DNA of 64,000 nucleotides from Heptranchias perlo (lineage: Eukaryota). The notes beneath the pieces are model-generated. The model was not told the DNA's origin. It did not search any database and was given only the letters and a program-made list of their open reading frames with translations. The stretch is taken from contig NC_090370.1 in NCBI RefSeq assembly GCF_035084215.1, forward strand, positions 6,014,001 through 6,078,000, read 5' to 3'. The number at the start of each line of letters is the position of its first letter. The first letter of the stretch is position 1. The translations under genes were made by a program, and so were the position numbers. Below, in pieces: positions 49,906 to 61,454 of the stretch.

Positions 49906-52439
49906 GTATAAGTATCCTTATTTACTCTATCAAAACCCTTATATTCTCTGGACCCTTTGCAATGCATTGGTCCTTTTGAAGATAAGGAGCCCAAAACAGC
50001 ACATAATATTCTAAATGTGGCCTCACCATGAAGTGTTAAAGCGAGCTGCTTTGACATTTAATCAAATGTCCTTGAAATAGATTCCAGCACTTGACTAACT
50101 TTGTTGACAATAGCTTTATGCTGACTGGACTTTAGGAACCACTTAATAGTCAAAACTCAAATCATTTTCTTTTTTCATCTTTGTTGGTGGAATTGAACTA
50201 ATTTATGTTCCATTCTCCAGGATCAGTCAAAATAAAAATGATAATACATGTATTATTTCGTTATGAGGAGAGGGTTCAGGAGTTTGGGTTATTTAGAGAA
50301 GAACAGGACTTAGAGGGGTACAATTAAAGTTTTTTAAATGATGAAAGGATTGAGTACAGACTGGTTAGATTAATTGAAATGGATAAGGATGGTAGGACCA
50401 GGTGGCCTGCCTATAAAATCTATATGGGAATTATTTGTTTTCACAGAGATTCATCACCCTCTGGTGGGTAAGGCATTATTACAATCCTTTAAAAGATGAT
50501 TTGATAAGTTCCTGAGAGAAGAAGCCATTTCCAGTTATTGGGCTTAAGTTGCGAGTTAGCTGTGATTGTGATGAGTCAGGGGCCACTGTGATCTCCTGGA
50601 CCTTGTTGGACTGACTTAAGGACCCAGAGCCTTTCTTGAATTGGTCCCAGTTTTTTTGCCTCTCGCAGGAGATAGTGTGATAGCGTGGAGTGGGTGATAG
50701 GTGTGCAAGGTTGCACTATTGACTGGATGAAGCGAGCTTGATGGTCATTGCTTACAATCACTGCCATTCTGTTGGGAGAGAGGAGATTTTCATCCCATCA
50801 TTCTGGACTGGATCAGAACCTAGGTCCCCAGATTGAAAAGACAGTGTTGTAACCCATTGTGGCACTCAATCCCTGATCTCCCTTTGTAATCTAATCTGAT
50901 TTAGCTGTTTGATTTGAACAGTGAATTCCAGAATTAGTTCAAAACAATACAGCATTGACCGATACAATACATAGAATCTCAGACTGTATTCACAGTGCTG
51001 GAATGTGGAATTTTTAAAAAGTTATTGGTAAGTTATAAACTCACAAACAGACTTTCACTCAACCAAAGCTGGCCACTTAAACATTAGGACAGAAGAAACA
51101 ATCCTGAATAAGGAATAAAATACACCTCTGATATTGTCAGCAGAAAGCTGCATCAAGCTTGAAGAGACCAGGAGCTACAGGATAGTAGAGAAGTAAGCAA
51201 CAGGAGATAGTGGGGAAATGCACCACTGTAACTTTCAACTGGACAGGTTACTTTCACAGTCACCAAAGCTGGAAAGTTACTTACCTCGCGAGTTACTGAG
51301 TAGAATTTTTCACGTTGCTCAAAATTTCAAAGAGTTATTTCTTAAATGTACTCCATACGATGTGATAAAGTCATGGCTCATTATAACCTAGAAATTACTG
51401 GAGTCATATTAGCAGACGAATGCTCAACATGCTCACGTGACATTCATTAGCTATCGTAACTGAAGTGTTAACACATTTAAAACAGATTAGTGCCTCCATT
51501 AAAATAAGAGATCGAGGAATGTTAGAAAAACCTGTTAAACGTTCATCCATTAATATCATCACAGTATTTTCTAGGCTTGTAGCTTTTAAAACTAAATCTT
51601 TTTAAATTTACCATTGTCTTGAGAGTATGTTCCACTGTATGGAGTCACAACCAGCACATATACATTTTTTTCAAATTTATTTTTTGTCCCTCGGTAAAGT
51701 TTTTTTTCTTTTTTAGGCCCCTCCTTTCTGAGCCTCCTTCCCGTCACACTATAAACTGTTCCTTGATGGAGAGGGGTGTGCAGGCCTTAACCGATGATGT
51801 TCTAGAGCTGGCCATTAAAAATTTACACACAAGTGCAGTGTCATTTGCCTCTACTGAGTGCTTCCTCTTACTGTTGTGGTCGAGGCCTAGGCTTCTCGGG
51901 GAACTTCCTTGTGAAACCAGATGCAGTAAATGAAAGTACTTGCTGAAGGAAGTAACAACAGACTTCCACAGACCTGACGTGAAAGGCCCATTAATTTTTT
52001 ATGAAATGTTTTTTTAAAGAAAAATTCAATGTGATTTTTTACCCTCAGTTTTAACCTAATCTTGTTAAGTGTCCTAAACTACAATTCCACCTCCCGTTTA
52101 AAAAAAAGCACAAAGGAAAACATGATGATATTGGAGGCAGCTTCTTTCCCACTCGGTGTGAGAGCAGCAGTGCAAGACAGAGGAGGAGGTTTTAACATTT
52201 GGAGAGTGAAAAGCAGAAACTAATCCAGGATTAATGTCAGAGGTACAGAGAGAGGAAATGTCCCAGGAGGATTTGGGATGTTAAAAACGAATTTAAAATG
52301 GTCAAAAGAATTGGTTAAAAATTCAATTAAAATTGCACATTCTGGAAGAGGATGAACAGAGGAAAAAACATTCTCCTGTTTTAAAAAATCTTGCTCCAAT
52401 CCTTTTTAAACAATGAGTAATAGAACTTTTGCTGTTGGG

Positions 52440-53804
52440 ATGAGAAATTGTGGCCTCCCTCCCGATCTTGCCCTTTTGTCTTTACTACTGTGCTGCATCA
52501 TTACCCTGGGGGAATCAAGTCAGGCTGCAGATCAGAGTGAGGTAAAACCCATTCCTGACCATGACCCTGAATGTCAGGAAGTATTGCAGCGAGCAGGCTG
52601 ACTACAAGCAGGGCTTTCAGAGATCAATATCAGCCACTTCCTAGGTGTACCATTGCTGAGTTTAATGCTTTGTTCACAATTGGGTTTAAAGTTGATGCTG
52701 TTTTTATTTCCTGTTAGACACTTATCTTCATATATGATTTTGCCACAGTTTTAAATTTCAATAATAAAAGTTTACAATAAAAATAGCATTTCATTGTTTT
52801 CATATTTTTCTGTAAAGCAGTGTGAAAAATTGAAGATTTACATTTACCACCTGGATCTCCATCTGGAATCATATCACATCTCGTACTGGAATTTCTCAAT
52901 CAATCCAGAGGGTGACATCTTTTGAAATCACAAATGATCATCCACATTTAATTCATCTATGCACCTTCCGGCTGCCCTCAATTTTGGGGCACAGTGATAC
53001 AGCAAATCCACCACAAATATGACATGGTAGGAAATGTAATTGACTGGGATCGGCCTGAGCAATACTGGATTATTCAATCATTTGTTGAAGAGTTCTACTT
53101 TGGAGAGATTCCAATGAGGGAGGTAAATTACATAGGATTTCACATCACAGAAACAGGCCATTCGGCCCCAACAGGTCTATTTCGGTGTTTATGCTCCACA
53201 CAAGCCTCCTCCCACCTTACCTCATCTAACCCTATCAGCATATCCTTCTATTCCTTTCTCCCTCATGTACTCATCTAGCTTCCCCTTAAATAAAATTCCC
53301 ATTAAGTTATCAAATGAAAGATGTTTAGTACATGTACGAGTAGGACACTTACCAGTGTACAGCAACATTAGTGTTTCAATAGGACACTTGCTAGTTAAGT
53401 GAAAGAGACACTGTGATGCCCATCTCATGAACTATTTCCGAGTTAGCAAACTAAAGCTAGCCATGCAGTAACGTGCCAACAGGTGGCGACATTCCACCAC
53501 AAGGATGGCGACATTTCTTACCCTGTGATGTTCACTCTCTGTAAATTTACAAAGAAAACAAAACAGAAAATGAATGTGTTAAGAGTAGAATATTGGAGTC
53601 AACTCTTTTACTGTATGATTCATTTAAAGTAGATTTTAATGGTTAGAATTGTGAACATTTACTCGATTTCCTTTGTATTGACTCAACTGAGTTATCAACT
53701 CCAGATATTAACCTCCCATTCTATCTCATTACTCTATCTCTCGATGTTTGTGGCAGTGCCCCCCAAAACTGGTGCTTTTGGACTTTGGGATGTGTTATCC
53801 ATAA
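52440..53804 (+). CDS. Candidate unannotated small secreted protein, ~123 aa; exons 52440-52541, 52818-52911, 52995-53122, 53757-53804
   Basis: Signal-peptide-like exon 1; three GT-AG introns with mutually compatible phases (0, 1, 0) give one open frame; ATTAAA at 53926-53931. Intron 2 (83 nt) has weak sites. No homolog recognised with certainty. Confidence 0.5.
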
Positions 53805-56451
53805 ACCTCTCTTCTACCAATTCCAAATTCCAATCATTTTCATCTCATTTTAATTTTGGATTTTTTTTGTCTCACTTGGAACCAATCTCGTTGCTATTCA
53901 AAATCCTTGAAAAAGCATGAATTTTATTAAAAGTGATTTATTTTTAGTTTTTCTGTCCACCTTTCCCAGAAGCAGCAATCATCAGATCAATAATCACTTG
54001 TTGATAACTTGTTTATTTCCTTGTTCTGTTACTAACACAAACTTATAAAAGTTACCGTGATGCTCGCAGATACCCTCTATTTCTTATGGTCACCTCACTA
54101 CATTCCCCACTCAACCTCCCAGCCAAATGATCACAGTATTCTATGTTCACAGAGATTCTTAACATTTATTAACATATCTAAAACAAAATTAAAATTAAAT
54201 AAATTGATAATTGAAAATTCATTATCATCACTACGTATGTTTACGAATCAATAAAAATCAAAGACTTTCTCTGGTAGGTGACACTTACTGGTTTACTGAC
54301 TGGATAAGTCAAATTCATTTTTTACACTATGTGATTCCAGGATTTTTACCATGATTTAGTGATTGCATTCCGTGATTCCATCCATTTTTCTGTGAAAACC
54401 AAACACTTTACTAATCAACAATCTGAATTGGAATGGAGCGACACGTTAATAAATCTCAGTTTGCTAACCTGACCCAGGGGTGCTGAGGCCAGTTGGAACA
54501 TTTCCATTAGATGCTAGCTGTGATCAGAGTCCAGAGATTGAACCTAGGACCTTCCTGATCTGTATGGTACAGTAAGCTGAGTTCTTCAAAAAAAAAATTG
54601 ATGGCAACCTGCAGATTTCTCTGCTTTCTGAAGTACCTTCGTGACAATTTTTTTTTGGTCTAGTGTCGGAATTCACATGGACATTAGCAGCCAGCTAAAG
54701 CCGGAAATGTCATGCCAGGCATTATTTCTTGCATCCGCCCCCTTCCATATGAACGTCACAAGATGCATATGTGGCAGGACGTCCTCTGTCCAAATTCCTT
54801 CTAGCTCTGCCCCCCACCACAATGTACACCTACGTGATGCAGGGATACTTGCATGCTCGGACGTGATCCTGTTGGAAATGAGGCCACTTGCAATCTAAAA
54901 AGCCAGTTTCCCTACGACAATCAATCACATATTGAGCAATTACTGCAGGGAAAGTGGCAAGTTCCAAAACTGGCCATTTGAAATATTTTTAACAATCTTC
55001 CAGCCACTCATTGATGCCGCAGCAAAGTGCCACAGTGAACTCCCCTGCCCTCCGGGGTGGGCTCCCCAGTTATGGTGAAAGTGGCACCGGCATTTGCCTG
55101 TATTATGTCAACGCCCCTGATCCCGGCAATTAGGGCTGGGTCAGCAACACAATTTGGCAGCATCCAGAAGTCCCACTCTGCTATAGTCAAGGTGGAGGAT
55201 CGGGACCCGGGGAAACTCGGGGCCTTAATGCTTTCCTTACTGAATGCAGGTAGATAAATGAATTTGTTCCTGTCATATAAGTACGTCTCTATATGCCTTA
55301 CGGTGGGGAGGGAGGGAGCAGTGCTTTACCCAGTCTATCAAATGGGCACTCTCTCCCATCTAGGTGTGAGTTAGTATAATAATGGTCAAGAAATATAAGA
55401 ATAAATGTGAAATTTATTTCCATCTTTCCTTTTGTACCAAATATTTATGAGTAGTACTTAGTGTTACTGAAAGGTTTTATTTAAATTATCATGTTTAAAT
55501 GTAGGACTTTTATTCAGAACCTTTCTCCAAGCCTGAATAATGGTAACAGTCCTTCCAGAACTTACACAGAAACATAGGAATGGCTAGATGAAAAAAGACC
55601 ACGGTCCGTCTAGTTCGCTGTCTACCATCCTGCTGTCGTATGATATAAGAACAATGTAGTGTAACTTTGTTTTCTGATTGCTTTGAGTTCTCTCTCAAAC
55701 ACACATAAATACAAGAAATGCAGTTGCTATAACCATTACAAAGTACAATCAAAATTAAACAATACCAAATTTCAAAACAAAACCTTTTATTTGTCACACA
55801 GGTAAAACAACGCTAAAGAAATAACACTGAATATAGTGTCACTGGAATCAAAATGAAGAGAAGGGCCGTTTGACTTGAGCTGCACCCAATAAGGAGGAAC
55901 CAAATCATTTACAGAAAAATGGTCAGCAAAGCCCAACCCAATAATTCAAGCTCCCCAAGTACTCAGGCTCATGATACAGGAGTAGGCCTCTGCAAGAAAA
56001 CTCTTACCAAGATTTACAACACAGCACTGATTTATGTTAGAAATTGTACTTCTCCCTAAAAATGTTGAGCAGGAAGGAAAATCAAGATGGCAGCTCATAC
56101 GAACTGCACAAAATGTTTGGAGCAACTCGATTGGTTTCGCTTCTCCTTTCTTTTATTGGTAGCTGTTGCTGACTGCCCAATTTTGATTTGTAGTTTTGTG
56201 AACTTCATAATTGATGGTTTTCATTCTTGCTCACCACTTGTCGGTCGCCTAACCATTCGACTGTTTATTTGTTGCTATCTTATGAATATGAAATCTGAGT
56301 CAAACAGCTTCAAATAATTTGCATATAATGAGTGATGCCAAAGTGTAACACAGGAAGTGTGATCAAAACACATTAGACATACTAGCAGTTCTCCCCGGCA
56401 TTGCTCACAAAGTCAGATAATATGCTGTTTTATAAGGACAGGAGTGTCTTA

Positions 56452-57418
56452 CATAGAATTTACAGCACAGAAACAGGCCATTCATCCCAAGTGGTCTATG
56501 CCAGTGTTTATGCTCTACACGAGCTTCTCCCTCCCTACTTTATCTAACCCCATCAGCACAGCCTTCTATTCCTTTCTCCCTCATGTACTTATCTAGCTGC
56601 CCCTTAAATGTATCTATGCTATTCGCCTCAACTACTCCATGTGGTAGCAAGTTCCACATTCTAACCACTCTCTGGGTAAAGAAATTTCTCCTGAGTTCCT
56701 TATTGCATTTATAAGTGAGTATCTTCTATTTATGGTCCCTGGTTTTGGTCTCTCCCATGAGTGGAAACATCTTCTGTACATCTACCCTATCAAATCCCTT
56801 CATAATTTTAAAGAATCCCATTAGGTCACCCTTCAGCCTTCTCTTTTCTAGAGAAAAGAGCCCCAGCCTGTTCAGCCATTTTTGATTGTTATAACCTCTC
56901 AGTTCTGGTATCATCCTTGTAAATCATTTTTGCACCTTCTACAGTGCCTCGATATCCTTTTTGTAATATGGAGACCAGAACTGTGCACAGTACTCTGTAT
57001 GGTCTAATCAAGGTTCTATACAAGTTTAACATAAACTCTCTGCTTTTCAATTCTATTCCTTGAGAAATGCTTTGTTTGCATTTTTGATGGCCTTATTAAC
57101 TTGCATTGCTACTTTTAGTGATTTGTGAATCTGTACCCCCAGATCCCTCGGCTCCTCTCCCCCATATAAACTCAAGGAGTATGTGGCCTCTTTATTCCTC
57201 TTACCAAAATGCACCACCTCACAATTATCTATATTGAAATTAATTTGCCGTTTACACGCCCATTCTGCAAGTTTATTAATGTCTTCTTGTATTTTGTCGC
57301 AGTCTTCCTCAATATTAACTCTACCCCCAATTTGGTTTCATCCGCAAATTTTGAAACTGTACTTCCGATTCCCAAGTTCAAATGGTGAACAACAGTGGTC
57401 CCAGCACCGATGCTTGTG
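56452..57418 (-). mobile_element. Degraded CR1-type LINE 3' fragment
   Basis: IPELRGY...LGLFSLEKRRLKGDL in ORF 56726..56914; CR1 tail at ~56452. Confidence 0.87.
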
Positions 57419-58829
57419 GTACATTAAAATCTGATGGCATGATTTAAAGAAGAGCAGTCAGGGAGTAGTCTCTTGGCCAACATTTCTCCCTCAACCACAA
57501 GCGATTCATCCCAGTGTTGTCGATGGGATCTTGCCATTGGCAAAATGGCTGCTGTGCTTGCTTACCTAACAGTGATTGCACTACAAATTACTTCACTGTG
57601 TATGAAGGGCTTCGAGACATTTGGGAGAGGTGATAAAGTGTTATATAAATGCTTCCTTTTTCTTCCTCTATAAATAATGCCATGGTAGCTACTTTGCAAA
57701 ACAGATTTTAAGCTTCCTCCCCCTCCCCCAAAAAACCTTCTGTTACTAATGTCTCTAAATAAACATTTGGGATTTATGTGAACCTCCACTATTGGAATGA
57801 TAAAATTATATAAAGAAATGATTTGATGATTGAACCTCCTCTTGGAGCTCACTGGGATACACTGCTTCATTGGCGGTCAATCCAAATGCAGAATGAGAAG
57901 TGAGCTCTATTTTCATAAATAAATAAGACATTTCAGGAGCATCTGAATGTGTGAGATCTGCATCTCACTGGAAATGTTGTGGGGAAGTCAGAGGGATGTT
58001 GGTGAGCTGCGCTTCTATAGCAACGAGAGAGGAATCTGAACAATTCTTCACAGGGACTGCTGCTGTCTATTATGCCAGTCTTCAGTCTTTTGTGCACTTC
58101 TTCCTCGATTAGAAAATGCAGTGTTTCCCCACTCTCCCCGCTTACATACCACTGTCAGTTGCTGTGCATTTGAAAAGACAGAATGGCTGAATCCCCCATG
58201 ATTTAATGTGATTACTGCCTGGGTCAATACCATTTCGACATGTGATGTTGAGAGGTTGCATTGGGAACAATGTGGACAGGCTGAAAGTGAAAGAGACAGA
58301 TGAGTGATGACTGCCCCGAATAGGGCTGTGATGGGAGCGGCTCCCAAACCGCTGCTCAGTGTCTCTGCTCGTACTGGGGGAGAGACGGACACGGGCACCA
58401 GTGGGACCCAACAGCTGATCAAGGAGAACCTTGGTGTGGCCGTGATTCTGGCAGAGAGCTTTTCTAATGCTCCTGTCATTCATCTGCAAAATGAGCCGGA
58501 TTAGCAGAGAATGGGATTAGTGGTGACGAGAGCCCAAAAAAAGGTTTCCGGTTTACTCAGCCCCGCTCCTCAAGGCTAGCTTTATCCTATTCTCCCCCCC
58601 CAGTCATGCTGTGCTAAAGTGCACACAGCACAGTGAAAACCAGCCGAGCAAACTAAAGCAGTAATCCCCTCTCTTTGGAGAAATGGAATTAAACCGATTT
58701 AGATAAATTACCCACCCCCAGTGAAGCTCAGACCATTCCACCATTACCCACTGTTGGGTGCTGATGAGCTACTTAGGGAAACCCTGTGGTAGAATCAGTT
58801 CAGGACACATGGATAATGTAGAAAGAGAG

Positions 58830-59510
58830 AAGCGGATGACCACCTGCAGGGGCAGCAGAGGGAGACAGGAATCACAGGTGCAGAGAATCCCGGGTTGCTG
58901 GAAATGTCCCATTGATACATAGTGTTGGACAACTGTGAAGTGGGCGGTGACAGTAACTCAAAGGAGGGAGGTCCTGAACAACACTGGCACTGCGGAGCAA
59001 GGTGTTACCTGAGGGTGGAAGGCATGTGGGCCACGAGACTAGGAGAGCAATAGTACAGGGAAACTCTATAATCAGAAGAATAAACAGCCTTTTTTGCAGT
59101 AGTGACTGGGAGTCCTAAATGGTATGTTACGTCCCTGATGCCACATCATGGGCGGAAATATTTCTGCGAAGGCAGGGAGAGCAGCGAAATGTTGTGGTCC
59201 ATGTTAGAACCAATGACATAGCTAGAAGTACATGTACGGTCTTGCAGAGGAATTTAGGCACCAGATTGCAAAACAGGGCCTCAAGGGTAGTGATCGTCAG
59301 TTTGCTTCCCGTGGCACAGGTCAAAGAGTGGAGGATTAGAAAGGTCAATGGATGACCGGTGCAAGAGAAAAGGGTTCACATTTTTGGTCCATTGGAGCAA
59401 GTTCTGGAACGAGGGAAGACTTTACCAAAGGGACAGCCTTCATCTGAACCAAAATGGCACGAATGTCCTTGTGGAGAGGATAAAGTAAGCAGTGGGGGAT
59501 TTAAGCTAAC
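58830..59510 (+). mobile_element. CR1 ORF1 remnant (SGNH esterase-like)
   Basis: GNSIIR, VVVHVRTNDI and SRVVIVSLLPV resemble the CR1 ORF1 esterase blocks (GDSIVR, VVVHIGTND, VVISGLLPV). Confidence 0.75.
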
Positions 59511-59702
59511 TGGCAGGTCAGTTGGGAAAGTCTGGGCTTGAGACTAGAGAAGGAGAGGAGGATTAGTAAAGTGGAATACACATCAAGTTTGTGGCAGTTC
59601 AGGCGAGATCAGCGATTAAGTAATTCATGCAAAATGTAGGTTTTACATTGCGACTGTTTTACTACCACTGTCCCAGTGAGACGATGAACTACCTCCCACT
59701 CA

Positions 59703-59966
<264 letters not shown>

Positions 59967-60677
59967 TTAACCTGCTCTCAAGCATCTCCCATTGTACACT
60001 ATAAATCAGCCACTAGGAGGCCATTAGTTGAGACATTCAGATTTCCCCTCTGCTCCTTGCTTCCTCCTTGCATGCCCCTCCCCCTCCAAAAAAACAAAAG
60101 ATGAGGAACTTGCCATGTGGGGATTACATTTCCAAGCCCATCAATTACCATGCCAATTAGTGACATTAATACCAATGCACTCTGCCACCAAACACTTTAT
60201 TTTGTCCATGTAGAAGCATCGGCAAGCAGCTACCTTTATATTGAGATGAAATCACTTCTATACTAACATTACACAACTAGCACCTTATTAAACAAGGAGG
60301 AAAATGTGTGGCGGGGGGAGGGGAAGAAAGAGACGGGAGGAGAGAATATACAAAATACTCTTTGCTCCCATTTGTTACAAGCCTTGATTGTCTGTTTAGA
60401 ATTATTTTATTGCTACCATTAGTTTAAAATAAATGGATTAATGTTGGCATTGAAATAATGCTGATTGAAAAATCTAGTGTCTACCTCACAGCAATATTTA
60501 GTTCTATCATCATTTTCCATCTCAAATGGCATCGAGAACCAGAAAGAAATCCGGCAGATGGGCAGTTTTCTGGAGTCATTCATTAACAGACTCATTAAGT
60601 GACTCCCTGCTGACAATGCTTTCTTCTTTTTATCCCCCTCCAAAAGAGAGGGAAGCCACTAACACTATCAATAGGTT

Positions 60678-60812
60678 GTAAACAATTTTACAACACCAAG
60701 TTATAGTCCAGCAATTTTATTTTATTTAAAATAAAATTGCTGGACTATAACTTGGTGTTGTAAAATTGTTTACAATTGTCAACCCCAGTCCATCACCGGC
60801 ATCTCCACATCA
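60678..60812 (+). mobile_element. Hairpin mini-element (Penelope-like terminal footprint) with 12-bp TSD
   Basis: Perfect 49-bp inverted arms 60676-60724 / 60727-60775 plus 37-nt tail; tatcaataggtt at 60666-60677 and 60813-60824. Confidence 0.78.
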
Positions 60813-61218
60813 TATCAATAGGTTAAGATTTTCAGGGTCGGTGGTGGGGGGGGGCGGTGGTGATGGAAGTTGTGTTGTGAATTTTCTGCTCCTCAAGGTG
60901 AAGGATGTTAGTGCAGGATAATTGAACACTTTCCATACCAGTCATCGAAGGGGCGATGACTGGTATGGCCCAATTGGTTGCCACATTTCCTACATTACAA
61001 CAGTGGCTACACTTCAAAAATACTTCATTGGCTGAAAAGTGCTTTGGGACGGCCTGAAGTCGTGAAAGGCGCTATATAAATGCAAGTTCTTTCTTTATAT
61101 GCTTTCCATCACAAAGACCACTTACTTCCACCACTGCAACATTGCCCACCTCTGCCCCTATTTCAGCCCCTCTGCCGCTGAAACCCACATTCATGTTTTC
61201 ACCATCTCCAGACTCAAT

Positions 61219-61454
61219 GGGGATGATTTTAATCCCCAAGAATGGGTGGGTGGGAGTTGAAAATAATTGTTTTGTTGGGGTCGCAACCGCAAAATTTCCG
61301 GATTTTGCATTCCCTGTGGGAAGCCTGTACTTTTACACGCCGACGTTAAACCTCCGGAAATAAAGCCAGGTTGCGGTCGCGACCCAAAAAACAACTATTT
61401 TCAACTCCCGCCCGCCCCCAACCCACCCGTTCTTGGGGGTTTAAAATCACCCCC
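61219..61454. mobile_element. Palindromic Harbinger-type MITE with 3-bp TSD, inserted in an L2 fragment (~61100-61780)
   Basis: ggggatgattttaatccccaagaatgggtggg / cccacccgttcttgggggtttaaaatcaccccc; aat on both sides; TIR resembles that of the 36512 Harbinger. Confidence 0.85.

Noticed and set aside
52818-53122. Otospiralin similarity (YWNFS versus YWPFS)
   Set aside because: Only a five-residue match; length and cysteine pattern do not fit.
58150-58280. Decayed copy of the ARF last exon (VPNA, SWGIQPFC versus LPNA, NWYIQATC)
   Set aside because: The matches are short, lie in different frames and are compatible with chance.
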